NCBI GenBank assembly: GCA_016748015.1
Contig: JAAOMT010000419.1
Location: 467 to 64,466 of the forward strand
Origin: Geosiphon pyriformis uo1
Taxonomy: Eukaryota > Fungi > Glomeromycota
Direction: 5' to 3'
DNA: 64,000 bases
Positions 24,900 through 38,145 of this stretch are shown in pieces. The position numbers and the translations under genes were made by a program. The stretch's first letter is position 1. Every line of letters begins with the position of its first letter. The notes below the pieces were generated by a model. The model worked only from the letters and a program-made list of their open reading frames with translations. It made no database searches and was not told the DNA's origin.

Positions 24900-27700
24900 T
24901 TGAAAGATCATATTTACTACAAGTGTATTTTGTGTATAGTTTTCTTTTTTTTTAATAGCAGACTTATAATGTTTGGTTTTTAGGCATTTTTTATGTCATA
25001 ATACTAATAGATTTTTAATTTATTTAAGTTTATTTTTTTTATTGGCATTATCAATTTTATTGTTTTTTAAGACTTGGTCTTAATTTTGAAGTATAGGCGC
25101 TATTTTTTTATATTGGCCAATAAATTGCCTTAACTATATTATCATCTTATTATGATTATTATCTTCAATAGTAAGCTAAGCAATCTGTTTTATAAATTCT
25201 TGCATTTTATTATATTTTTGTTTCTTCTGTATTGCAAAATATAAAACATTAATAATAGTCTTAAATATAATTAGAAGATTTAGAATTACTATTTCATTAG
25301 AAGAATTTTTTGCAGTTTTTTAATTTGTGAAGCAAAAAGCTTTAGTGACTAAATTATTGTTTCTTTTTTTATTAGTATACTATTACAAAGATATTATTTA
25401 AATATAAAATTCCACAATTTTTGAATGTAACATTACTTAAAAATAATAGTAATAAACAATACTATAAAATATACTAGACAAACATAAACAAAAATAAAAA
25501 CAGAATTAATAATTATTATAAAATATAAATGCTTGCTATTTTCTGGTTATAGATCTGTAATTTTCTATACTTTTTTAATGTTTTTTTATTGACTTTAGCA
25601 ATCATTAATTTTAATAAAATTTGTTTTACATTATACAGATTCTCAATAAAATCACTTATTATATTAGAACTAGAATTCTAAATATCAAAATATTGTTAGA
25701 TAAATAACTTAAAAAAGTATATTAAGAAATAAATTCTCTTATTTTATTATAAGTATTAATATTTAATGATAATTGATTTACAATAAAGTATAAATATTGG
25801 CTATTTTTAAATATTCTATAAATAAGATATAAAGTATAAAATATTAAGTTATTTGTTTGTCAACTTCAAAAAAAAATTATGGCCAACTGATATAATTCTT
25901 ATATTAGATAAAAGTATACTATATTCAAAAAAATGATTCCATTCTGTCTCATTTTTAAGTTTTGTATTTAATATTAGCAAAATTACACAAATTGTCATTT
26001 GCTAAAAGCATGTATTTAATAATATTGTTGAGACTTTTAATATAAGAAGTAGTTTAAATTTTTGTAATAAATATTTTTAATGTAAATATACAGGTCTATA
26101 TTTGTTAACTAAGATAAAAAGCTTTTATTAGGTAATTTTTAGCATTAATATATGTTTTAGTAAATTGTAATCATTATTTATAAAAAATTTTTTTACATAA
26201 ACTATTACAACATAGAAAAAAATTATGAACAAAGTTTTTATATTGATTATAAAGCTTTAACTTGAGATTTCTTGATAAGTTTTTATTAATGTGAAAAATA
26301 CAATAAATTTGATAAGTTGTTTTATATACTTGAGCAATTGCTATATCTGCTACAGAATTAATATTAATGATAAACATTAATGGTTTTGTTATTATTGCTT
26401 TTTTTGTGTATTCTAAAATTTATTTATATAATTTAACAGTTTTATCTAATACAAAAACTTGTACAATAAAGTGAAATCTTATGTTATTATCTACAATAAA
26501 AAAAAAGTGACATCTGATAGCAGTTGGTCTTTACTGTATTGTCATTTAAAACAATATTATAATACTCTAATCAAAAAACAACTTGTACAAAAGACATCTA
26601 AAATACATGAGTAAGCCAATTTTTATTAATTTCAAACTTTACAATTCATTTAAGATTATTTAATTTGCAATTTATAAGAGTTGTTAATAAGTAAAATGTA
26701 TCATGCTTTTTGTTGTCATAAACTTTAAATTTTTGTATTGTATTTATAAGATCACAATCAAAAATAAATGCTATTAAAAATAAAATTTTTAATAATTTTT
26801 TTGGATGGTAATTAATAGATTTGCATATTTCATAAAAAATTGAATCTCTTAAAGAATGTTATCTAAAATTTTTTAATATATCAAAGCATATTTTCTAATA
26901 TTAAGATATAATAAATAATTGTATATATTATTAAGAGTAATAAAAGTTATTTTGTGTGAGTTTTTAGTACAGTTAATATTAATATACCAATTATATCTTT
27001 AATGTTTTAATTTGGTATTCTAATAATTTTGAATATTAATCTTTTTTTTTGGTTTATATTAACTGTCAAATTTGTATTCAAAAGTGTAATGTTTAATGCT
27101 GCTATCTGAATGTTATTTTAATTTCTTTTAGATAACTCTAAATTCTTGTTGTTTATTATAAATTTTCATAATTATGTTAATATTTTTCTATGTATTAAAA
27201 GCATAACTAGTACAAAGTCTTATAAATTTATAAATATAAAAAAATTTGACACTAAATATAACTGAAATTATAAGCAAAAATTTTATTTTTATTTATAAAC
27301 ACTTGATTATTTAATTGAAATAAGTCTTTACTAATGTAATTCTAGAGTTAATTAATTAGTTTTATATTAAGAATAGGTTCTAAATTAGAATAAAAATAAC
27401 TTTAATCTTTTAACACATAATTTTTTACTAGACATATATATATATTTTTCTCTAAAAACAAACTGTTTATTTTTTTTTGTTCTGTATTTACACCAAAATA
27501 TTAATCTTAATATAATATATAACATATAAAGTATTATATTTAAAATTGTTAATTAATCATAATACTAATTAATATATCCAAGTAAATATTATCTAAAATA
27601 GTTTGAAAAGTCAAATTTTGCATAATCTGTTGTCTTTAACACTTTAAAATCTATAGTTCATATTTGGTACACAAATTTTCATGTTTATATTTATAATATA
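24900..27700 (-). mobile_element. Heavily decayed FAR1-like MULE transposase
   Basis: 26100-26600 reads FIVDNNIRFHFIVQVFVLDKTVKLYK*ILEYTKKAIITKPLMFIININSVADIAIAQVYKTTYQIYCIFHINKNL, the MULE DDE core with CxxH and D>N type changes; outer limits approximate. Confidence 0.7.
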
Positions 27701-27897
27701 TAAGATTTTTTTATGACTTAAATACTATTTAAAACAAAAAAAACTTTTTGTTGTACAAAAATAAAAGCAGTTACACCAAAAATTTTGATGTGTTTTTGTA
27801 TTACAATATACAAATAATATATGTTAAATTCAAAAACCATGTGATATAATATATGTAATTTATTTTTAATCAATAAAAATAATTAAAAAGATTGAAA

Positions 27898-28000
27898 CGT
27901 CGATCACTGCGCCATATATAGCACGTGTTGCACGTGCTATATATGGCATAGCGATCGATGAAACAAATAATGTCACGTGTTAAACTATTATGTCACGTGC
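27898..28000. promoter_or_regulatory. 30-bp-arm inverted repeat with four CACGTG E-boxes
   Basis: Arms 27898-27927 and 27931-27960, loop TTG, four transition mismatches; CACGTG at 27922, 27931, 27974, 27994; regulatory role is inferred. Confidence 0.55.
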
Positions 28001-30919
28001 TTTTTCTAAGATTGTTACAAATTTTTTTTGTAACAGATTATTACAAATCTATAAATTTTTTAAAAAAATATTGTTTCAATATTTGTTTTAATAGTATTAT
28101 TATATATTTATAAAATAAATAGTTTTTTTACTGGTTTTTATTAAAATTTTACAGAATATTTAATTAAAATATTCTATTAATTTAATACTTTATAATAAAA
28201 AAAAAAGAAAAATTTGTAATATACTTCAAGTTTTTTTATCAATAAGTTAGAAAAAGTTTTTTTTTATTTATAAGTAATTCTTAAAAACATTTATGTTTAT
28301 ATATAATTTTTTAAATAAAGTTAACAATTAAATAGTAGTTTAATTTAATATTGTTTTTGCTTTTATTTATTTTATTAAGTAATTTGTTATTATAATTTAT
28401 CTGTTTTTATTCAAAATTATTGTTAAAAATTTAACAACATTGATTCCAATTTTTTTAAAAATTAACCAATAAAAATTATATAAACATTTTTTTTTAATTG
28501 AATTGTTTTTTTAATATATTTTGCTAAAAAATTAATATATATAATATATATAATAATTTTTTTAAATTAAATAACTTTGATAATTGATTAAAATTTTTTG
28601 ATTTTTTTGAATATAATTAATTTAACAAATCAAATAAAAATTTAATTGTTTGTGCAAATATTTTATTATTATTAATTATATTCTAATAAATATTGTTTTT
28701 TATATAAAAATTTAATAAGTATTAAATAATTTTCTAAGTTTACTGTTATGTTTTTTTTTTATGCATTTAACAAGTGAAGTCTAATTATTATTTAGTATAT
28801 AAAACCAAACTAAGTGGATCAAATTAAACACAGTTTATATACTTGTTACATATAGCCAGCCATTCAGACCAACCAAGGCTATACTACACATCTATGTAAA
28901 CACACACATTACTACCTAAACCAGAAAAAAAATGACACATCCTGCACTTACCAAAGTTAATTACAAAAGATTCTATAATACTAAGCATACAAATTACCCT
29001 ATTGGATAATGTAGACACTAAATACAAAGACAGGTCTGAAATTAAATTATTATCCTTAACTAAACCAGCTTTCTCTATATCTACCTTATGTTTAGATCTA
29101 ATAAGCTATATCTTAGCATAATACAGCTTTACTACAAACTTGGCAGAATTAATAAGAGCCAAAACAGCTCTCTTTTTCTTTTTAAAGCACAAAACAGTTT
29201 CAGCATACCAATCTCTTAAAACAAAACCTTTGCAAATAATAATGTATAGACCCATATTCGAAAAACATGATAAAAATAAATGCAAAATAGAAAATAAAAA
29301 TAGGCAAAAAAAACCTGTCAACAAAACCTATTTCTTAGTAGCTTTAGCCAAAATGTTCTCACAAAAACCAATGTCATCAGAATACATAAAAGCATGATCA
29401 GATACTTCTATTTTATCACACAGCAAGTACAGCACTCCAGAATAGTTCTTGTTATATAACTTTTTCCTAACTATAACTGGCAGCCATTTATACACTGCTT
29501 TTATTAAATATGTTTGCATACTAACTGACTTTTAGCTGGTAAATCCAAAAAGCATGTGTGAATACAGTTGCCAGATCTTTGTAGTAGCTTTCCAATCTAT
29601 TTTCCTAATAATAACACTTGGGACCACATTATAACTAAAGCCAGTCTCCCAATAGGCATGGCAAATTAACTGGTATATATTACACAAAATAATAAATATT
29701 ACCAGATATGGCAGTATTCTCAGCAACCAAAAACCATTTCTGAATTCCAACCAACAAAGAAAAAGAAGAAAAGATAGTTTTACCTATTAGCACATCTGCT
29801 TTAATATTGTCTGATACCTCTGAATGGCTCTTAACCTTCTCCCAATTTATTAAAATGTTTTTATCCTTAAGAAAATTGACTATATGTAATTGCTTGATTC
29901 AATAATGATTACAAAAATCAAACACAGCCAATGAGGCTTTAAACACACAAATATTAATCACAGATTGGCTGTTAAAGTAAAGAATCACAGAACATGAAAA
30001 CAGAATGCACTCCAAAACCAGAGCAATAGCTTGTAATTCAGTTAAAATAAAAGACAGAAGCCTATCTATTCTTATCCCAATACTCATATCTACTGCAGAA
30101 AAGTAAACAGCTGCTCTACTTACCACTTCAGCCAAATTAGCACTTTTCAAAAATCCATCTGTGTAAATCTCAATATAATTAGACCAAACCTCTAACAAAC
30201 TACTACAAAATTCAAAAAACACCTTAGATTCCAAAACATCTACTATAGATATACCTGAAACTACAGCAAATTCAACTCCAAGAAAAACATTCCCAACCAA
30301 AAACTCAGATGTTAGCACAAATTAACAAGGTACAGAGCTCCTTAGATCCAATCTCTTCTACTATCAAAATGTTTTCTATTCTATTATCTTCCCTTTTTTG
30401 TTCAAAAGTCTGTTACCAAAAGCTACATTAAACCTCTTTAAAGATAAAACTGAATTATAGTACAAGGGCTGCCTCAAAATATAAGACATAAAAAATTTGC
30501 CAGACCCATGAAAAGCACTAGGTAGATTGTTTACCAAAAACAACTCATTATCTAAAAAAATTCTCACCACCCCAGCCAAAAAATTGTTTATTGAACTAAC
30601 ATATAACCTGACAGGAAACTGTAAAGAATTCAGAGGAGACCACCCCAGAATCTGCAAATCCAAAAACCTATGCTTAAATAAACAACCAAGAATACCATAA
30701 GCATTGGAGAAAGAAATTAGTGCAATGAGTTTCCTTTTAAATTGCACTTGCTCAAAAGGTTTCAATTTATACAATAACAGATAATACAAAACTTTACTGA
30801 AAAAGTCACATGGCAAACCAGCCTTGACTTTAAGACTCTTCTTGACTATTACATCTCATTTGTGGCACATACTTGAAAAAATAAAGCTAAACTGTATTCT
30901 ATAACTAATAATTGGCTGC

Positions 30920-31798
30920 TGTTATTCATAGAAATATAGAAAATATATATTAGCATAGTTATTAGCCAATCAAAAGTAAACATAGTAAAATATAGAATTC
31001 CAGGATTCCTCTCAGGAATTGTAGAATTCCAGGAATTACAGAATTCTTACAAGGAATCGCAGGATTCCAGAATTCCAGGATTCCTCTCAAAAAAATTGCA
31101 GGATTCTAGGAATCCCAGGATTTTTGTCGTAAAGAATCAAGGAATTAAGAAATCTCAATTATGTATATATAGTAGTAGTATTAAAAGCTAAAAAGATAGA
31201 TCTCTCAGTTTAGATTTAATCTAAGCAACCCTCCAAACCACAATCATTTAATAAATAACTATTTGTTATCTCAAATTCATTTCCACTATCAACACTTTAT
31301 GTTGATAATAATTGACACTTAATCACACTAGAACAATAGCTCTTAATCACGGCTATTGATGGAATACTAACTTGCAAATCGCCTTGGCTTATTTCTTTTC
31401 TTTCTTTATTTTTATTTTTTTTCTTTATTTTCTTGCTTTAATTTTATTGTTGTGTACTAACTCTATTGAGGATTAATGCACAGGGCACTGACATCAAAAT
31501 AAACATGACTGGTAAAAGACCCAGAAATAAGGGTAGAACACTCAATTAAGGATAGCTTACCAGGAGGAATACCAGCTATCAAGCTGAGAAAAAAATTGAC
31601 AAAACTGCAGTTTCGGGAAGCTACAAATAAAACTATCATCATTGAATCTCTGTCCATTATACAAAGAACTCAACCAAACCCTTTGGATACAAAACTTTCA
31701 GATATCAAACCTTTAGATCACTATCAACTGCAACTAGATTTGAGCACCAAATTATGGGTTGTTATTTAATCCAACACCAGAAATTGTTATCTGTAATA
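30920..31798 (+). repeat. Gypsy-1 5' LTR
   Basis: Colinear with 40206-41084; ends TGTAATA (CA>TA mutated). Confidence 0.95.
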
Positions 31799-31799
31799 T

Positions 31800-34700
31800 T
31801 TGGTGCTTCCTGTGAGGTATAATTTTACAGAGAATCAGCACCAACAACCCTATCCAAAAGTAGCAGAATCAGAAAACATAAGAGCAAACCATTTAGGATT
31901 CATGAAATCCTTATTTCAACATTACTGTGAACACCTAAGATTAAACCATAATCACATATCCGCAGAATCAGTCTTCAATTTCTATGTCAATGAGAGAATT
32001 GCCTACTTATTAGGAATACCAGTAAACACCGAATCATCAAAAGAAACCTTTTACAGCAAATTGATCCAAAATACCAGCTTACTAACAAATCATAATTTCA
32101 CATCCATCATTACTAAGATCAACAAAGAAATTGAACTTCACACTCAACAAAGATATCCAATTACTTATGCCAGTAAAAGCAAAAGAAAACTACAAACACC
32201 AGCAGTAACACCCAAAAAGATACAACCACCCACTTGGAAGAAAACAAGAGTTGAATCACCAATTGCTCCATCTTATTACTACACACTAAGAAGCGCCATC
32301 AATATAACATCAGCAAGCACATCCACCTCAAACACAATATTAAAATTTGGACAATTCCCATTCCAAAGTAAACAAAGGAAAACAAATCTACTAAGACCAT
32401 ACAGTGAATATTTTGAAGGATTTAAATTGCGATCACCAACACCATTAGGAATTCGATCACTGCCGCCTCAACCAGACTTTGGAACTGCTACCCTGTGGAA
32501 ACTATCTGAAGAAGAAGAGGAAAAAAAATCGGAAGATTAAGAATTTACTTACCAAAATCCGATCCTTGAAAACCCGGAATTTGGAATCCCAAACGTTCAA
32601 ACTCAATGAGAAAATCCGGAAATCAAAACCCTGAATATTCAAACACTGCAAAATCAAAACCCTGAAGTAATTCATCAGCACTTGCCTCCAGTTATCGTCA
32701 TTAATCGACCACAAGTGGAACCAATTGGCCAGCCTATCCAAACACCGAACCAACAAAATCAACAATCACTCCCAGTACCGCCTCAACAACAACAACAACT
32801 TCTACTACAGCAACAACAACTTCTACTACAGCAACAACAACAAATGGCATATGCACCAATTATGAAACTCAACAAATTCACCGGCGAAGAAGACAATACA
32901 CAAGTTTGGCTAAACAATGTAGAAAAAGCCATCGCAGCCAATGGATGGAATGATGCCAGAGCCATGCAAGCCATACCCTATTTTCTTAAGAATACAGTGA
33001 ATTTATGATATCAAAGCCTGGTCAACAAACCCCAAGATTTCAATGCCTTCAAACTAGAATTTTTGAAATACTTTAGCAATAACAACAGCATTAACAGATT
33101 AGCCAACACTTTCACTACAATTAAACAAGGAGAAACTAAAGCAGTTACCACATATCTGGGACACTTCTATAGAAATCTATGACAAATCCAAGCAATTGAT
33201 GCTAATTATTTCACAGTGTCACAGATTCTCAATCAATTCATCTGTGGCCTGTGCAGTAGCATCCTGCAACACATACACCCATTGCATCCAGCCACTCTTA
33301 AGGATGCAGTCATACACATCAGAGATTTTGAATCTGCTGAATTAAAAGCCAATCATGTCCATGCCATAAACCTAGTAATAAATGGATCATCTGAATTGGA
33401 TTCCAAATTGAAACAATTTAGTGATTCAATTAATCAGAAATTAGAGGGATACTTAGCTGACAATCACACAATTTATCAACCACCACAACGATGCAATAAT
33501 CCAGGAAATGCGAATCATTTCCAAAATCAGTCGCATCCATCATTATTATCAGCAGCACCAAATCAGCCATGGCAGCCAGAAATGCGTGTTTGCCACAACT
33601 GTGGTAAACAAGGACACATAAGAGCAGACTGCAGATTTTATAGCAACAATTCATGATTGGGAAATCAATATAGAAATCCCAATCGCAGATTTCAAACTCC
33701 GAATTGTTACCCAAATCAAGATCAAACTACTTACCTGCCAATGACACAGTTACAAATCTATCAACCACCAGTATATCAAACTCCAGTCTATCAAACACCC
33801 ACAATCTATCAACCACAGCCACAAGTAATTTATCAGCCACAACCTCAAGTAGTTTATCAACTCCAACAACAAATTCAAACACCACCACAAAACTTGCCTC
33901 AAAATGGAATCCAAAGGCTGAGAATGATACAACAAAACTGGCAATTGGTGATGATAGTCCACCAACCAATCTTCAGTTTGTCAAACTAGCAAACAGGATC
34001 TCGTCAACAAAATTCAGATACCAGTCATACCCAAAACCCAAATTCCCAGAACTATTTAAGTCTCCTGGTTACCTTAGAAGATGCCACACCCAGCAACCCG
34101 GAAACCAACCCAATCCAAAAACTTACCAGCAATGATCACTGAAGACAAAACATTAGCAGCCATCTTCCCATTTAAGTTCGAGGAAACCACCCCAGTCTTA
34201 TTATTCAGTAGAGCTGCCCTTGAAAAGAAACCTATTACAGCAATGTATACTGATGCCAAAGTAGATGGCCACTCTATCAAATTAATCTTAGATAGTGGTT
34301 GAGCAGGCAGCATTATCCTGCGACAACTCATAGACCAATTAGGTCACCAAGTTGATCATGCTGCTAGTGCGCATATAATCACAGCTGATGGAGCAACCAA
34401 AACTCCAATAAGCAAAATAGACAACCTACCTATTGAAATTAACGGCCTTACAGTACCCATCAAAGTCCTTGTGATGGAAACCACTCAGTACTAAGCTCTT
34501 GTTGGAAATGATTGGCTATCCAAAACAAATACCATACTCAATTGGACAATGCAAGAGCTCCAACTGAGCCAAAATGATCAACATACTTGGGCACCAGCAG
34601 TATGTGGCCACTTTAAACCAACTAACTCGTAGCCACTGATTAAACTTGAGGAGGAAACAAAGAAACCAATATAGAAAGCATATCAGGTTTTGTGGGCTGA

Positions 34701-37700
34701 TGTCAATCACAATAAACTGCTGCCCATACTCTCATGGAATGACAAAGAGAAAAAGAAAGAGGAAGAAAAACTTATCTGGGGAACAAATCAGAGATTTTGG
34801 AGTGATTACAGCCAAAGCAAACCAACTACAGAATGGACTTGGGAAGAGAAAAGAAAAGGAAAAGAACAAGAAAAAGAGCCAGCACAATTTACTACTCCTA
34901 CATATGTCTCATATTCTACACAACTTTAGGCCACCTACCGTCAACCTAAACTTGTATGCATCACGTGTGGCAAGAAATTGTTGGCAATAGGCACATGTTG
35001 TGACAATGATAAAAATTGGCAAACAGCAACAAGATACTATTGTTGCCCATGCATCATTGAATGTGATGGCCAACCATCAAAAGTAAAAAAATAGGACAAT
35101 ACGCCATGCCTAGCATGCAGAAAAACACTTCTGGATAAAGGAATGTGGAATAACATTCCAGGATGAAAAGAAACATGCAATGAAACATGCCAGTACACAA
35201 TCCTAATAAACGATTGGATATGGAAAGGGACCTCAATTAACGATGCATGAAAACAAGCCTTAAAACATCTGGAAGACTACCTACATGATGAACATGAGAT
35301 CTGGAGAATGGCATATGCAATGGCAGAAAGAGCTATAGCTAGTGAGTTGCGGAAAATCAAAACCAATCTATTATCTCTCTCAAAACCAGAATATGTTGCA
35401 ACGTTTGACATTTTTGGTAACATTGAGGATGATCCTGAGGAATTCCATGAACATTACCAATAACTAGCATCCACAAGAGAAGAACAAGAAGAGCAGTTAG
35501 CACAGCTAAACACTCGATTATGTAACCACTGTTTAATTCCATGTGACTTTTAGTATTGTAATGAGTGTGACCTTATTTACAATCTACCACCACGCATGAT
35601 CTACACAATCTCCGAAGAGGAAGAACCAATCAGCAGCTGTGCATCAGACTCAGAATCAATTTTCAATCCCGATTCAAACTCTGACAAGGATAATGATGAA
35701 AACACCAGTTCCAGCTCTGTTCAAAATGGCATTAACAACGACAATGATTCCAACTCAGATTTAAACTCCAATTTAAACTACGAACAATATATCGCACTTT
35801 CTGACCTTACCAAAAAGCAGGAACTTAAATGGTTCAGCGATAACAATAAAGATATTATGTCAGAACACGCACATGATACGAATACTGGATTTGATCTGAG
35901 ATATCCTGGAAAAGAAGCCATTAAATTGGAACCACATTTACACATCTGAATTAATCTGAAAGTAGCTTTAGAAATTCTAGCAACAACAATAGTTCAACTA
36001 GCATCTAGGAGTAGTTTAGCGAAAAAAGGGATAAACATCAGAGGAGAAATAATTGACACAGGATACATAAAAAATATCATTGCTATGCTAACAAAATAAC
36101 TCAGAAAAGGCTTATATCATAGAGCCAAACAAAAAGATAGTACAGGCAATATTCCTGCCTCTGGTTAAAGTAGCCTAATTAGTGTCAGTAGGAAATAGGG
36201 AAGAATTAGGAATAACAGCAAGAGGGATACAGGGATTTAAATCAATGGGTAGAATAAATATACCAGTCAATATGGCAGAAAAAGAAATTGTTAACCAAGG
36301 AGAAATTATCTCAATGAGTCAAGCAATTTCCATTCCACCATATGGCCAGTACATGGTAAGGATAAAGCAGGAAATAAAAGAACAGAATCAGATTTTTGAA
36401 GCAGAACCAATTCTTTGTGAATTAAGAGAGATTGGACTGATCAATCTTTATATACCAGCCAAAAATTACAACCACATCAAAATTCCCATTTATAATAACA
36501 CAAGAAATGTTATAGTAATACCAGCCGGAACTACCATTAGATACTTAAGTACTGAAATAGAGTATCAACCACCAAGCACCATTCCGGACTTTCCACAGCT
36601 TTGTGGATATGTTGATATCACATCACAAACAATATATGAACAAAGCAAATGTTATTTGCTCCAACCAGAGCAATTGGAACAAATGAACATGAGAAACTTA
36701 GACCCACTCTAACGTATGCAGCTCAAGATGTTGTTCAACAATTTCAATAACATTTTTGCCAGTGAAAATGAGTTTGGCAGAACTGATATTATCCAGTATT
36801 AGATCAAAACTGAAGATGCTATGCCAATTAAATAGCGAACATACAGAGTACCACCAGCCAGCCATGAAATCATCCATCAAGAGATCAACTGAATGCTTGA
36901 CAACAAGTTAATTCAGCCATTAATAAGCCCATGGTTATCATCAGGAGTACTCGTCCATAAGAAGAATGAAAAAATCTGATTCTGTGTAGACTACAAGAAA
37001 CTCAATGGTGTTATTCGTGGAGACAGCTACCCAATTCCACAAATCCAGGAATTATTCGATGCTTTTGGTAGAAACAAATGGTTCTCAATATTAGACTTGG
37101 ATAGTAGTTACTGACAAGTAGCCATGAATCCAGCTGACAAGGAGAAGACAGCATTCACCACTAGAAAAGAGAATTTTGAATTTGAAGTAATGTCCTTTGG
37201 TTTAACCAACACCCCAGCCACTTTCCAATGGCTAATAGAAATTGTTTATACTGGCTTATTGTGAAAATCAGTAGTTGTATACTTAGATGACACCAATGTA
37301 TTCTCAAAAACATTTGATGATCATTTTTATTATCTTTAATAAGTGTTTGAAAGATTAAGAAGAGCAGGACTAAAGTTAAATGCAACAAAGTGCTTCTTTG
37401 GCAAGACAAAACTAAAATTCTTGGAACATATAGTTAGCAAAGACAGCATCAAAATGGATCCAGAGAAAATAGAGATAATAAAGAACTTTCCAGTACCAAC
37501 CAATGTGACTGAATTGAAATCATTCTTGGGATTTGCAAGCTATTATCGATGCTTTATAAAGAACTTTTTAAAGATAGCTCAACCGCTCAATAATCTGCAA
37601 ACTAAGAATACCAAATATGAATGGACAGAAAGTTAACAAAAAGCTTTTAATATTCTGAAAAGAAAGCTCATTCAAGCTCCAGTACTAATCTACTCAGATC

Positions 37701-38084
37701 ACAACAAACCATTCATCATTACCACCAATGCATCAGACCAAGCATTAAGAGCGGTACTATCTCAGAAGGGACCAGATGGCAGAGAACATCCAGTAGCATA
37801 TGCTAGCTGAAGTCTAACACCAGCCAAAAAGAACTATGGAACACCAGAACTAGAACATTTAGCAATCTATTAGGCAGTCATAAAGTGGAATGAATACTTG
37901 AGCCAAAAGTTTAATATATACACAGATTATAAAGGGTTAACATCACTTCAAAAACAAGAATTTGATGATAGCTGTCAATCCAGATGGAAAATGAGCACTC
38001 TCACAATATACTTATACTATACACTATAAAAAAGGAAAAGACAATGGAAATGCTGATGGTTTGTTACAAATAAGACAAATCTAA
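31800..38084 (+). pseudogene. Gypsy-1 gag-PR-Cys-rich-dUTPase-RT-RNase H polyprotein (many stops)
   Basis: Capsid (KFTGEEDNTQVWL), Zn knuckle CHNCGKQGHIRADC, protease LILDSG, dUTPase (GFDL, ASRSS, RGIQGF), RT YLDD, RNase H ending NADGLLQIRQI*. Confidence 0.9.
31801..31817 (+). promoter_or_regulatory. Primer-binding site TGGTGCTTCCTGTGAGG
   Basis: Starts TGG 2 nt after the LTR; complementary to a tRNA ending CCUCACAGGAAGCACCA, similar to elongator tRNA-Met or tRNA-Ile(UAU) ends (assignment uncertain). Confidence 0.8.
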
Positions 38085-38145
38085 GAACATTTCAACCCAA
38101 AAATATAACAAAACCAAAACAATACTCACGAAAATATAACAAAAG

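Noticed and set aside
31505-31822. LTR-encoded ~100-aa ORF (also 56569-56270 in Gypsy-2)
   Set aside because: Each needs four stops reverted; any stop can be explained by C>T, four per 100 codons is near random, and the two peptides are not similar
32780-32845. Cys-rich minus-strand ORF (CCCCCSRSCCCC)
   Set aside because: Antisense shadow of the Gag poly-Gln (CAA) tract
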